Shown: positions 24,901 to 35,700, numbered from the stretch's first letter. The stretch: DNA of 64,000 bases from Hamiltosporidium tvaerminnensis FI-OER-3-3 (GCA_022605425.2 CM061256.1:310001-374000), one strand, 5' to 3'. The notes: generated by a model from the letters alone, not told the origin. Program-made: numbers and translations.

Positions 24901-25763
24901 AGGCTTCTCTTTACGTGTTGCCTCGTCATAGCATACCTGCGCAGCTTGCATGATATACGCGGCTTCCGTAATTGACTCAGGTACATGAGCTCCTGCATAT
25001 TCACCGACTACTCGATTTATGAGGTCCAGAACTTTACTATCAACCAATTCATTTGGATGTTTTCTAGTTTGGACCACCACTTTTCCAATTTCGTTCTCAG
25101 AGATTTCTTTAATTTTACTCAAGAATTTATCTCTCAGGTTTATGTACTCCGTGGTGTCGGTCAAGGTGCATGTATCAGCAGAACAAGTGGCGATTCTACG
25201 TCGCTCTCCATTCTCTTCTGATTTTACTTCCTTTCCCATCTCACTTTGTGCCAATTTTTTTAACACTTCGAGAGTTTCAGTGCAGCCGAATTTCTCATTA
25301 TAGTACCTGTGAAGCTCTGTCCAGCCATTTCTTGGCATTCTTTCAAACCTTGTCTGTACTGCAAAAAAAACAATTCGAGGCCATTCCTTCGGGTCGGCTG
25401 TTACGGAATCGAATATCGTCCGCAATGCCATTAGCCTGTTACCTTCCGGAATAGCTAGAGTACAGGGGCTTGTCATGTCGTACGATGGCTCGCACGCAGA
25501 GACTTCAACCGAAGAGGGAACTGGTGCATTAGGCGAAGTTAAGGTGTCAAGCCCACTATTTTGCATTTTACTGCATGTTTGGCTTGGTGGTGGAGGTGTT
25601 ATTGTTGTGTAGGAGGAGGAAGGTAGGGGAATCGCCTGTGGGTTTAGCTTACATTTTTGTATCTCACTATCACTCTTTTTCACCTCATCAGCGTCGTTTG
25701 CAGCCTTTATTTTGGTATTATTCGATATTTCGCTGCTAACATTTTTCTTTCTACCCATTTAAT
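21954..25763 (-). mobile_element. Complete RLE-type non-LTR retrotransposon (R4/Dong-like) with 14-bp TSD
   Basis: CTTAGTTGAAGGAT at 21940-21953 and 25764-25777; single ORF; 3' end ...CAGAATTTTATTAAATAAAA. Confidence 0.92.
22117..25758 (-). CDS. Reverse transcriptase + CCHC zinc knuckle + restriction-like endonuclease
   Basis: KAAGIDG, YRPIT, DVKKAYDS, GILQGDSLSPLLF, IIDD, YKYLG, CQHC..TVDH...C, RHN, PD...IEV...K..KY. Confidence 0.95.
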   Translation of the reverse strand: MGRKKNVSSEISNNTKIKAANDADEVKKSDSEIQKCKLNPQAIPLPSSSYTTITPPPPSQTCSKMQNSGLDTLTSPNAPVPSSVEVSACEPSYDMTSPCTLAIPEGNRLMALRTIFDSVTADPKEWPRIVFFAVQTRFERMPRNGWTELHRYYNEKFGCTETLEVLKKLAQSEMGKEVKSEENGERRRIATCSADTCTLTDTTEYINLRDKFLSKIKEISENEIGKVVVQTRKHPNELVDSKVLDLINRVVGEYAGAHVPESITEAAYIMQAAQVCYDEATRKEKPRSAWKENIESKISKLVLSKDLLEKARKQEKLSTSETKSLKKIMREFNLNLSSVTDLSEALVKKNESLNVYEKKITMHESRKQFRKENRMFELFRGRFYRGLSERVESEHVVSRDEIVSFWSTMWNKNDDTVTYDDYLIPFVSDNHPTTFPSLDELLNIINWLPNWKAAGIDGIYNFFIKKLTTLHKYIYDIVKVICLEGTPQADWFYCGLTYLIPKGIPRRGSDYRPITCMSNLYKLTTKCVTKVVQLEVERRGLLAENQLGAVRGVQGAKEQALLNIALNKEYGNNLKATWIDVKKAYDSIDHAYLTQCIENLNLPDWILKFIKVIISKWKIDISVGPEKIMSKKIDRGILQGDSLSPLLFVLCMDPLSRKLNEKYTKVTVQTDAESHSTNHLLIIDDLKLLAKDSSTLSAMTGEAKEFLEVIGLEINKEKSATNDTCCEDTATLLEGVSVYKYLGIIEDSREIPTRSSFEEVQSKLISRVERLCHTRLNAKNLFSAINQHAISLINYHIGVLRLEPADFSKLDDAVRAVLVKNKIHLRPGCKERLYLPRTELGRGLHSVELRSEHMLLQLLDCLEKSKEISTRRAAILKVENNNKTHLALIKGFLKVKYRLVEEVTKKSLEEAQLAKLYNEIEKRKLHSKLYNARKNELVSVSDSSRWLKRGNIRPRNEAVFCYIQDRNVFWGADGVCQHCGKSGKTVDHLATRCEKMLGHDYTRRHNEVVRCLHLLLLNRYKFKSSKRIRSHSVQEILDNEYAEIRVDTRINTDVKIRNNRPDIFILDKKKNKITLIEVGITSQDSLQIVETEKLRKYDLLANELGLIYKFSVEIIPYVMTWDGIVTQYYKTYVKRLEIPMNVEAYIQSIVLKKTVETISFDRRRGLESGLNAEESWERASMGVIMRSEMHEEPIPPLKEAKTEEDGAKNFKPK

Positions 25764-26039
25764 CTTAGTTGAAGGATATATAAGATATATTAGAATTTCT
25801 TTAAGTCATATAGATTAGAATTCTCTTATTACATAGAAGATTATTAAAGTCTAATTTCTAGAAATGTTAAGACATCAATGATAAATCTTAATCTTTTTAA
25901 AAATGCAAGAGAATTTGCTCTAAAATGCAATTGGACTGGTAATATTGTATAAAATCATAAATCAGAGAAATTAAACTAAATCTTTAGACCTATAATCAAA
26001 AAACAAAAAATATGTAAATATTTTCTCTAATTTTTTATA

Positions 26040-26700
26040 TTCATAAATTCACACTTTTCAAAAATCTAGATGTGTCATTTAGTTTTATAAAATTACAGCA
26101 GTCCTAGGATTAAATGCTAACTGATCTTTCACCCAAGTTGTATTTGTACTGTTCTCCCGTGCTACATACATCCCAAAGTTTCTCATCTACAAGGTGTGTG
26201 GAACCTATTTAAGGCACGAAAGTTCCCCGGTGTTCTATTGTCTGTTGAATAGTGTGTTATCACATGTAGAATTCCGTCTTGCTATTTCCTTAAGTTCAGG
26301 AGCATTTCAATTTCCTCTACGCTTTATGGGTCGAATAAGAATCAGGTCACTATATATTTTCAGCGGCTAGTTGATATTTCGGACTTTTTAAGTGGATTTT
26401 TTCTGTGTCCTCAAACGCCAAGTCTTCGAATACTAGTAAACTAGAATAGTATCTTACTGTTTTAAATTAAAATTACTTCGTATTTCAATCCTGGTTTGTA
26501 TTTAGTTACATAAAAAACTACAAATTAAGTTTTCAGAACGTGTTTCATTATTTTCTATGTATTAGTTTTCCTATCCAAGCTATCATCGAAGAACCTAAGA
26601 CATTGTGTGATTTATCTCACTTAAAATTCAAAAAAAAGTATTTTCTAACCAATTTTACACACTCATTACCAAACACTTGCGTTACATTGCTAACATTTTC
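26040..26700 (-). mobile_element. Dispersed structured element, copy 5 (diverged, internally deleted)
   Basis: TCATCTACAAGGTGTGTGGAACCTATTTAA, GTTACATAAAAAACTACAAAT and ACACACTCATTACCAA match copy 3 in order; boundaries approximate. Confidence 0.65.
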
Positions 26701-26903
26701 TCTTTCATCGAAAGTATATTCAATTAATAAATCATTTTAGAAATAGAAGAGACATTTTGTGTTTCTTAACTATAAAATATTCAAGTTTTAAACGTTAACC
26801 TTATTCCTTTAACAATCAAAAACGTATTTGATACTTCTTCCTTCATCTTGAAATATAATTGTTTCATAAATAAATTTAAATATAGAAAAGATCGTTAACA
26901 TAT

Positions 26904-29141
26904 ATGACATCTTCAAAGAGTTGTGGATTTGTTGGTATATCTTTAGAAATCGATACACGTGCTAATTTAATCAATATAGGATTATCAATAAACGATGGTT
27001 TTTTTAATATTGATAGTGAAAAGATACAATATGAAATAGTTAAAGATATTGGTATTGAATATGTTTGCATTGAAGATAATTTTGATTTTGTAAAAAAAAC
27101 TTGTGTTCATAATATAGGATGTTATAGTATAAAAACGAATGGGCATGTTAAGATATATCGAGATATATTGTGTAGACATGAGTGGGAAAAAATAAATTTA
27201 GATGATTTATTCGATAAACGAATATATTATGAGTTTATGAGATATAAAAATGTGTATTTTGATACCTGTTATTTTACTTGTGATTTCGAAAATTATCTAT
27301 GTATGAGTTGTAATAGAAAAATAATAATTAAAAAAGATACAAATTTAGAAGAAGAAATTGAAAAATTTAAAATTACAGACAAATACTTCATATATAATTA
27401 TGATCTGTTGATTGATACATTCCTTCAAATATTTAAACGATTGTTTAAATGGCTGAGAGAATATGATGAAAAAAACAATATGAAAATAGTAGCAATAGGA
27501 TTGTCAAAGGATTTAAAGTATTATGAAAAATTGTGCAATGAAATTACAAGAATAATGTGGGGGTGTTTTGATGCATTTCCTTGCTTCTATTCTACAGAGT
27601 TAGATTCAAATGTTGAAGAAATAGCAGATTTTTTGGCACGGCAATCTACTAGATTAATAGGAATCAATAATCTTTTGAGATTGGAAATCGGAATGAGAAA
27701 TGTTGTAGAGGTTGATTCGAACATTATTTCAATTTGTAATTTAACTGATTATGAATATAGTTTAGTGCCGATATTTGCAGATGTAATAGAGTTGATACAG
27801 AAAAAAAGCGAAATTTTTAATTTTAAGAAAATCTGCTTTATTTCTTCTACGCCACGGGGTGGTGGTGTTGCTCTGATGAGAAATGCGCATATTCGGTTTT
27901 ATAGATTACTAGGTCTAGATGTATCTTGGTACGTTACTATACCCGCACCTTCAGTATTTAAAATTACGAAACAAAAGTTTCATAATGTTTTACAATGCGT
28001 TGCACCAGAAGATGAATATTTAACAGAAGAAGATAAAATTTTATATGAAAACTGGGTTAAACTAAACGCAGAGAGATTCTGGACAGATAGTGTTTTTAAG
28101 GAAACTGATATTATCGTATTGGATGATCATCAAACATGTGGATTTGTAAAATATATCAAAGAAGTAAATAAAAAAGCAAAAATAATTTATAGATCCCACA
28201 TCCAAATCAGAGGTGAAGAGATAAAAAATAAAAAAAATTTAGAAAATACATGGAATTTCATAAGCAATAATCTTAAAGAAGTAGATTATTTCATTTCGCA
28301 TCCTATTGAATCTTTTGTTCCACACGATATACCAATTCAAAAACTAATTTATCATCCCCCCTCAACAGATCAATTAGACGGTCTTAATAAATTTATTTCT
28401 ACAGATATCTGTCAATATTACCAGAATTTATTTAATATAGCCTGTTGTGAAAGCAATCAACCTACAATGGATTTCAATTTGCCTTATATAGTGCAAATAG
28501 CTAGATTTGACCCTTCAAAAGGAATCATAGACGTTATTGAGGCATATGTCATATATTGTAAGAAATATGCCAATAAAGATAAATCAAATATCCCCAGACT
28601 AATTCTATGCGGCCATGGAAGTGTAGATGACCCCGAAGCAAATACTGTATACAACAACACACTAACATATATCAAAGATAAAATCGATAAAGACATTTCA
28701 TCTACAATAATATGCGTAAAAATACCACCTTCAGATCAAATTTTAAATGTCATTCTTCGTAAAGCTAAAATAGCGCTCCAACTAAGTCATAGCGAAGGTT
28801 TCGAAATAAAAGTGACCGAAGCTTTACTAAAAGGCGTACCAGTAATTGTCTATAATACCGGTGGATTACCTTTACAAGTATCTCACAATGTAAATGGATT
28901 TATTGTTGAGAAAGGCAATATTCAACAAGTAGCTGAGCATATTAATTTTCTTATTAATAATACTGAATTTACTTTAAACATTTGTAAAAATACATACCGT
29001 ATTATTAATTTTACTACACCATTCCAAATACTAGCATGGTTGAATATTTTTGAAATGGTGCTTAATAATGAAAAAGGCAATGGAAGAAGTATCTTTAAAG
29101 AAATATATGAAAAATATATTTTACCAAAAACTGATTATTAA
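26904..29141 (+). CDS. GT4-family trehalose synthase/trehalose phosphorylase (fungal Ccg-9/TreT-like)
   Basis: FISSTPRGGGVALMR, HNVLQ, YRSHIQI, ARFDPSKGI, GHGSVDDP, LQLSHSEGFEIKVTEALLKGVPV. Confidence 0.88.
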   Translation: MTSSKSCGFVGISLEIDTRANLINIGLSINDGFFNIDSEKIQYEIVKDIGIEYVCIEDNFDFVKKTCVHNIGCYSIKTNGHVKIYRDILCRHEWEKINLDDLFDKRIYYEFMRYKNVYFDTCYFTCDFENYLCMSCNRKIIIKKDTNLEEEIEKFKITDKYFIYNYDLLIDTFLQIFKRLFKWLREYDEKNNMKIVAIGLSKDLKYYEKLCNEITRIMWGCFDAFPCFYSTELDSNVEEIADFLARQSTRLIGINNLLRLEIGMRNVVEVDSNIISICNLTDYEYSLVPIFADVIELIQKKSEIFNFKKICFISSTPRGGGVALMRNAHIRFYRLLGLDVSWYVTIPAPSVFKITKQKFHNVLQCVAPEDEYLTEEDKILYENWVKLNAERFWTDSVFKETDIIVLDDHQTCGFVKYIKEVNKKAKIIYRSHIQIRGEEIKNKKNLENTWNFISNNLKEVDYFISHPIESFVPHDIPIQKLIYHPPSTDQLDGLNKFISTDICQYYQNLFNIACCESNQPTMDFNLPYIVQIARFDPSKGIIDVIEAYVIYCKKYANKDKSNIPRLILCGHGSVDDPEANTVYNNTLTYIKDKIDKDISSTIICVKIPPSDQILNVILRKAKIALQLSHSEGFEIKVTEALLKGVPVIVYNTGGLPLQVSHNVNGFIVEKGNIQQVAEHINFLINNTEFTLNICKNTYRIINFTTPFQILAWLNIFEMVLNNEKGNGRSIFKEIYEKYILPKTDY

Positions 29142-29589
29142 TAGTAATTGATAATTATGAAGAGAGATATTACAATAAGAGTATATAAGTTAGAAATTTA
29201 AATGTAATAGAACAAATTAAAATAGAAATATGAATAAAAAGTAACTTAAAATCATAAGAATTCTAAATGTAAATGGTAAGAATATAGAGATATATGTCCA
29301 AATAAATTAATATATATACAAACAAAATATGCTGTATATTTAAGCCATATTGCCTAAATTAAAATATTTTTATTGAAATATAACATATATATGCATTAAT
29401 AATTCGTTATTTTATCGTTTTTATTAACGTAAATCTATTAATTATCTAATGACTATAATACATCATATTTTAAGTATTATATCCAATAGAAACTTAAATA
29501 TAAGATATTTGAACAAGTTTATTTCTCCTACAAACATTTTTACCCAAACAAATATATTTAGTATTAAATATTATTATTATCCTTGGTAC

Positions 29590-29620
29590 TACAGTCCTGC
29601 ACAAAGTCGTGGCCGCACTC
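29590..29620 (+). mobile_element. Possible solo Tc1/mariner-type terminal inverted repeat
   Basis: TA|CAGTCCTGCACAAAGTCGTGGCCGCAC: GC island starting TA-CAGT; no partner TIR found. Confidence 0.25.
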
Positions 29621-30030
29621 GGTAATACCACTCACCGGTCTTTGTATTATATATAAGAAATATTATTTTAATTTATCAAATATAATTTTATAAAAAATAA
29701 TTTAAATGAAAAGAGAAGAAACAAAAATACCATAAAGTATAAAATAGAATTTTACAACACAAATATGAGCTTTTTAAGAGTTTATAATACATATTAAACC
29801 CCATGAGATATAAATTTGTCGTAATCTTACGTTTAATCTTTATTAAAAAATGATATTTAGGAATATAAAAATCAATTTACCTTAAATTAACCATCAAGTA
29901 ATTGAAATATCTTTAAAAAAATAAAATTATATAAAATAAATGCGATAAACAACCTCTTATCTAACCCGTATTTATAAGACATTTTACACTTGTTATTACA
30001 CTTTTATTTTACTAATTCTATACTATAAAA

Positions 30031-30415
30031 TAACACCCTCTTATTCGACTAGTGTTTAATAAGATATTTAACACCTTTTATTACACCTTTTATTCATAAT
30101 ACGAACTAACACTCTCTTATTCGATTAGTGTTTAAAAAAATATTTAACACCTTTTATACCACACCTTATACATAATACAAACTAACACCCTCTTATTCGA
30201 CTAGTGTTTAATAAGATATTTAACACCTTTTATACCACACCTTATACATAATACGAACTAACACCCTCTTATTCGACTAGTGTTTAATAAGATATTTAAC
30301 ACCTTTTATTACACCTTTTATTCATAATACGAACTAACACTCTCTTATTCGATTAGTGTTTAATAAGATATTTAACACATATAATACACCTATATTATAC
30401 TATAAGCTAACACCT
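30031..30415. repeat. Tandem 76-bp unit x5 (TAACACC-rich) upstream of 30469
   Basis: TAACAC(C/T)CTCTTATTCGA at 30031, 30107, 30183, 30259, 30335. Confidence 0.92.
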
Positions 30416-30468
30416 TTTATTTCTCTCCTTCTATTTGTCTTTAAAAAACACCAATCCTCATCCCCTTT

Positions 30469-31956
30469 ATGTTATACAAAAAAGAAGACATCCTTAACAA
30501 CGGAAAATTAGATAATTTACCAAATTATAAGATATTTACACTTAAAGCACCTTCAACACCTTTTACTTCTTATCTTAACAATGTTCTTAACAATAAAAGT
30601 GATATTCTTACTAAAGAAATGGAAATAAATGAAAAAGAGATAAAGGGTGGTAATGATAATAGTAGATTAAAGGGTGTTAATGATAAAGAGTATTGTAATA
30701 TGGAGATAAAGGGTGTTAATGATACTAGTAGATTAAAGGGTGTTAATGATAAAGAGTATTGTAATATGGAGATAAAGGGTGTTAATGATAATAGTATATT
30801 AAAGGGTGTTAATGATAACGATAATACTATTATAGATATAAAGGGTGTTAATAATGAACCTAAAGAGAATAACACTAACTGTGATATTAACAACAATACA
30901 GATGTGTTAATACCAAGTAGTTATTATAAGGATGGGTTAATTATTTGTAGTGAAGAAAGTATTATTAAAGAAAGGGGTGTTAAACGAGGTAGAAGGTGTA
31001 ATAAAATAAAGGGTGTTAAGAAGATAGCTTTTAGTAAAGAGGGTGTTAATGAGATAGGTATTAATAAAGGGGGTGTTAATAATACTACTAGTAATAATAA
31101 TAATAAAGAGGGTGTTAATGAGATAGGTATTGATAAAGGGGGTGTTAATAACATAGATATTATAAGAGAAGAGGGTGTTAATAATACCAGTAGTGATAAA
31201 GGGGGTGTTAATAACATAGATATTAATAATAAAGAGGGTGTTAATAACCTAGATACTAAAAAATGTAAAGAGGGTGTTAATAACATAGATACTAAAAAAT
31301 GTAAAGAGGGTGTTAATAACATAGATATTATAACAGAAGAATACCTTAATCACCCTATAAATACTAAAGAAATAATAACTTGTAGTAAAGAAAGTATTAT
31401 AAAGAGTAGTAAGACAGTAGAAAGTGTTGTTAATGAGAAGAAAGAAGTTATAAGTAGTTTTATTAGAAGAAGAAAGAAAATAAAGGTTAAAGAAATAAAT
31501 ACAAATGTAATAGATATAGGGGGTGTAGAGGATATAAAGGGTGTTAATGACAGCACTAGTAATGTAAAGGGTGTTAGTACTACTATGACTAGTACTTATA
31601 AGGGTGTTACTACTATGACTAGTAATATAAAGACCTTAGAGGGTGTTAATGACAGTAATAGTATTATAAAGGGTGTTAGTACTATGACTAGTAATATAAA
31701 GACCTTAGAGGGTGTTAACAACAGTACCAGTAATATAAAGACCTTAGAGGGTGTTAATAACACCAATAGTACTTATAAGGGTGTTACTACCTTAAAATCC
31801 AATATAAAAACCTTAGAGGGTGTTAATAGAGTAAGAAGTTATAAAAGAAGAAGAAAGAGTGTTATGGTTCCTAAGAATTATAAAGTGTTAGATAAGAAGA
31901 TCAATGAAAGAAGAATAACAAGTAATGGAAGAATAGTTAAACCTAAAGAATATTAA
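30469..31956 (+). CDS. Hypothetical protein dominated by (K/E)GVN repeats, basic C-terminus
   Basis: 495-aa ORF, CCCC before ATG; unique N- and C-terminal segments around many GGGTGTTA-encoded repeats. Confidence 0.75.
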   Translation: MLYKKEDILNNGKLDNLPNYKIFTLKAPSTPFTSYLNNVLNNKSDILTKEMEINEKEIKGGNDNSRLKGVNDKEYCNMEIKGVNDTSRLKGVNDKEYCNMEIKGVNDNSILKGVNDNDNTIIDIKGVNNEPKENNTNCDINNNTDVLIPSSYYKDGLIICSEESIIKERGVKRGRRCNKIKGVKKIAFSKEGVNEIGINKGGVNNTTSNNNNKEGVNEIGIDKGGVNNIDIIREEGVNNTSSDKGGVNNIDINNKEGVNNLDTKKCKEGVNNIDTKKCKEGVNNIDIITEEYLNHPINTKEIITCSKESIIKSSKTVESVVNEKKEVISSFIRRRKKIKVKEINTNVIDIGGVEDIKGVNDSTSNVKGVSTTMTSTYKGVTTMTSNIKTLEGVNDSNSIIKGVSTMTSNIKTLEGVNNSTSNIKTLEGVNNTNSTYKGVTTLKSNIKTLEGVNRVRSYKRRRKSVMVPKNYKVLDKKINERRITSNGRIVKPKEY

Positions 31957-32024
31957 AAGGTTATAGATCAAGATTTAATAGAGAATATAAGGATTGTAAT
32001 AAATTATCTTAATACAATATATTT

Positions 32025-33110
32025 AAAGGGTCTTAACCAAGTAATTTATATTAAAAGGGTTTTAATCCCATGGTATATTTAAAGGGTCTTAACCAAGTAA
32101 TCTATATTAAAAGGTCTTAATCACATACATATAAATTAAAAGGTCTTAACCAAGTACTTTATATTAAAAGGTCTTAATCACATACCATATAAATTAAAAG
32201 GTCTTAATCACATACCATATAAATTAAAAGGTCTTAACCACATACATATAAATTAAAAGGTCTTAACCAAGTAATTTATATTAAAGGGTCTTAACCGAGT
32301 AATTTGTATTTAAAAGGGTCTTAACCAAGTAATTTATATTTAAAATGTATTGACTAGTCTTATACTAAAGGGTCTTACATAAATATCTGAAGGGTCTTAA
32401 CCAACTACTTATATTAAAAGGTCTTAACCAAGTAATTTATATTAAAAGGTCTTAATCACATAGATATAAATTAAAAGGTCTTAACCACATACATATAAAT
32501 TAAAAGGTCTTAACCAAGTAATTTATATTAAAAGGGTTTTAATCCCATGGTATATTTAAAGGGTCTTAACCAAGTAATCTATATTAAAAGGTCTTAATCA
32601 CATACATATAAATTAAAAGGTCTTAACCAAGTACTTTATATTAAAAGGTCTTAATCACATACCATATAAATTAAAAGGTCTTAATCACATACCATATAAA
32701 TTAAAAGGTCTTAACCACATACATATAAATTAAAAGGTCTTAACCAAGTAATTTATATTAAAGGGTCTTAACCGAGTAATTTGTATTTAAAAGGGTCTTA
32801 ACCAAGTAATTTATATTTAAAATGTATTGACTAGTCTTATACTAAAGGGTCTTACATAAATATCTGAAGGGTCTTAACCAACTACTTATATTAAAAGGTC
32901 TTAACCAAGTAATTTATATTAAAAGGTCTTAATCACATAGATATAAATTAAAAGGTCTTAACCACATACATATAAATTAAAAGGTCTTAACCAAGTAATT
33001 TATATTAAAAGGGTCTTAACCAACTACTTTATATTAAAAGGTCTTAACCACATACATATAAATTAAAAGGTCTTAACCAAGTAATTTATATTAAAAGGTC
33101 TTAATCACTC
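32025..33110. repeat. Satellite of ~30-bp AAAGGTCTTAA monomers with a 477-bp higher-order duplication
   Basis: Unique markers CCCATGG (32067/32544) and TGACTAGT (32351/32828) both recur at 477 bp. Confidence 0.9.
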
Positions 33111-33254
33111 ATATCTTATCCACCTACCTTATAATTATATATTAACATACCAAACCTTTAATTACTACCCTTCCCTTTACCTTTTAATTACCAAATATCT
33201 TATAATTACTAAGTACCTTATAATTATATATTAACACTACTCATACCTTTAATT

Positions 33255-33460
33255 ACTACCCATACCTCTATCACCCATACCTCTATCACCCATACCTCTA
33301 TCACCCATACCTTCATACCTCTATTACCCATACCTTCATACCACTATTACTAACACCTCTATTACTAATACACTATTACCCATACCACTATTACCCATAC
33401 CTCTATCACTCACTCATTCCCCAATCCAACCCATACCCATTCTCCAACCCATACCTTTAC
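33255..33460. repeat. C-rich ACCCATACC microrepeats upstream of STE12
   Basis: Multiple (T)CACCCATACC/TACCCATACC copies. Confidence 0.8.
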
Positions 33461-33653
33461 ACTCCCTTATCCTATCACCTATTACCTCTCCCTCCTACCT
33501 TTTAATTACACGTACATCTCCATGACATGTCTCACACATCGTATTCTGATTAGTGTGTTACACATACTGATAATTGATTGGTTTATTTGTTTGTTTATGT
33601 TTCACCTGATGTTTTACTTTTTTTCTATAAATACACATTTATTTGTTTTGTTT

Positions 33654-34703
33654 ATGAACATACAAGGTGACAAAGATCTTTTCACATTTTTATCGAATGC
33701 ACCCAAAGAGTTTAGAGAAGGTGAGAAAATAAAGAAATATCAATTAAAAAATGGAGATTATATACACTGTGTTCTATGGAACATGCATTTTTATATTACA
33801 GGTACCGATATAGTAAAAATACTTGTTTGGAGATTTCAAAATGCAGGTAGACAATTGGTTAGTCTTAAGAAATTTGAAGAAGGTGTTTTTTCTGACCTTC
33901 GTAATCTTAAACCTGGTATTGATGCTACACTTGAAGGTCCTAGAAGTGACTTTTTAGAGTTTTTATATAAAAATGGATGTATCAGAACACAGAAGAAACA
34001 AAAAGTATTTTTTTGGTATTCTGTACCACACGATGCATTGTTCTGTGATGCATTGGAAAGAGACTTACGTAGAGAAACTAATTTATATACATATTCTAAG
34101 TATATGAACAACCTAGCTCGTCAGAATTACATTCCCATGCCAACCTATTCCAATGGTAGTAGTGTTGGGGGTAGTGTAGGTGGTGTGGGGGGTAGTGTAG
34201 GTGGTAGTGTTGGTAGTGTTAGTAGTAATACTTTTGGTAGTAACAGTATTAATAGTGTTAATAGTGTTAATAGTAATAACAGTAACAGTAGTAATAGTAA
34301 TAATATTAATAATCCTTACAGTATTAATAGTAACACTACTAGTAATAATCCTTACAATAGTAACACTCTACCACTTACTACTATCTCCTCACATACTAAG
34401 AACTTTATAGATCCTCGTAAGAAAAAGAAAGATTCTGATATATTAGAACCTTTTAGACCAGAAACACCTGTTCCTTTTTCTATGCCAGAATTTAATATAC
34501 ACGATGAATATACTTTTAATGAATTAGAATTTACAACTTTTGATGAGAAATTTTTTACACCAGAATCTTCTAATTCTTATTCTTTAGATTTGTATAAGAA
34601 AAAAGAAGATAAACGTAATAATAGTGATAATCAAGATAATGGTTATGCACCACCTGATATGATACATCCTATACCTAATAGTCATGGTAAACCACAGAAA
34701 TGA
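33654..34703 (+). CDS. STE12: STE12-family transcription factor (probable start 33654; ORF open from 33522)
   Basis: CVLWN..YITGTDIV, KKFEEGVFSDLRNLKPG, CIRTQKKQKVFFWYSVPHD.LF.DALERDL. Confidence 0.95.
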   Translation: MNIQGDKDLFTFLSNAPKEFREGEKIKKYQLKNGDYIHCVLWNMHFYITGTDIVKILVWRFQNAGRQLVSLKKFEEGVFSDLRNLKPGIDATLEGPRSDFLEFLYKNGCIRTQKKQKVFFWYSVPHDALFCDALERDLRRETNLYTYSKYMNNLARQNYIPMPTYSNGSSVGGSVGGVGGSVGGSVGSVSSNTFGSNSINSVNSVNSNNSNSSNSNNINNPYSINSNTTSNNPYNSNTLPLTTISSHTKNFIDPRKKKKDSDILEPFRPETPVPFSMPEFNIHDEYTFNELEFTTFDEKFFTPESSNSYSLDLYKKKEDKRNNSDNQDNGYAPPDMIHPIPNSHGKPQK

Positions 34704-34769
34704 TAAAAAAAAGGGAAGTTTTAATAAAAGGTAATATAGTATAAGGTGTTTGTTTAGGTGTTAGTTATA

Positions 34770-35100
34770 TTAGTATTAGGTCTTTGTTAGTTAATTAGGT
34801 GTTTGTTATATTAGGTCTTTGTTATATTAGGTCTTTGTTATATTAGGTCTTTGTTATATTAGTATTAGGTCTTTGTTTAGTATTAGGTATTTGTTTGTTA
34901 TATTAGGTCTTTGGTTAGTATTAGTATTGTTAGTATTAGTATTAGTATTTATTATATTAGTATTATTATATTAGTATTTATTATATTAGGTCTTTGGTTA
35001 GTATTAGTATTACTATCAATATATTATTATTATTAATTAGTATTACTATTAGTAGTATTAGTAGTATTAGTATTACTATCAATATATTATTAGTATTATT
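34770..35100. repeat. TATTAGGTCTTTGTTA / TATTAG low-complexity tandem repeats downstream of STE12
   Basis: Directly visible 16-bp and 6-bp tandem units. Confidence 0.8.
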
Positions 35101-35204
35101 TAATTTATCTTTAAATATTAGTTTTATTAATATATTTAATTTATCTTTAAATATTAAAAATTATTATAAAATTTACTTTTAATTAACATAATTATAGGTT
35201 TAAG

Positions 35205-35700
35205 AGTATGGGGTATGTAAAGGGGTTGTTAGGTAGAAGTAGTAGTAGTAGGGTATGTAAAGGGGTGTTATATAGTAGTAGTAGTACTAGTAGGGTATGT
35301 AAAGGGGGTGTTATATAGTAGTAGTAGGGTATGTAAAGGGGTGTTAGATATTAGTAGTAGTACTAGTAGGGTATGTAAAGGGGGTGTTATATAGTAGTAG
35401 GTAACACCCTTATAATACTATACATACTATCTAACACCCTATAATACTATCTAAGTAGTTAACACCCTTTATAATACTATACATACTATCTAACACCCTT
35501 ATAATACTTTACATACTATCTAACACCCTTATAATAATATACATACTATCTAACACCCTATAATACTATACATACTATCTAACACCCCTTTATTATTTCT
35601 TATTACTAACACCCTTATAATACTATACATACTATCTAACACCCTTATAATACTATACATACTATCTAACACCCCTTTATTATTTCTTATTACTAACACC
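35205..35700. repeat. Head-to-head GGGTGTTA (35205-35400) and TAACACCC (35401-35700) arrays between convergent genes
   Basis: Orientation switches at ~35400. Confidence 0.85.

Noticed and set aside
22001-25454. Plus-strand ORFs overlapping the RT
   Set aside because: Antisense shadows of a GC-richer coding region
32025-33110. CRISPR-like repeat-spacer array
   Set aside because: Spacers are short, reused and AT-rich; fits satellite DNA
33522-33653. Hydrophobic N-terminal extension of STE12
   Set aside because: T-rich, unlike STE12 proteins; the ATG at 33654 directly precedes the conserved domain
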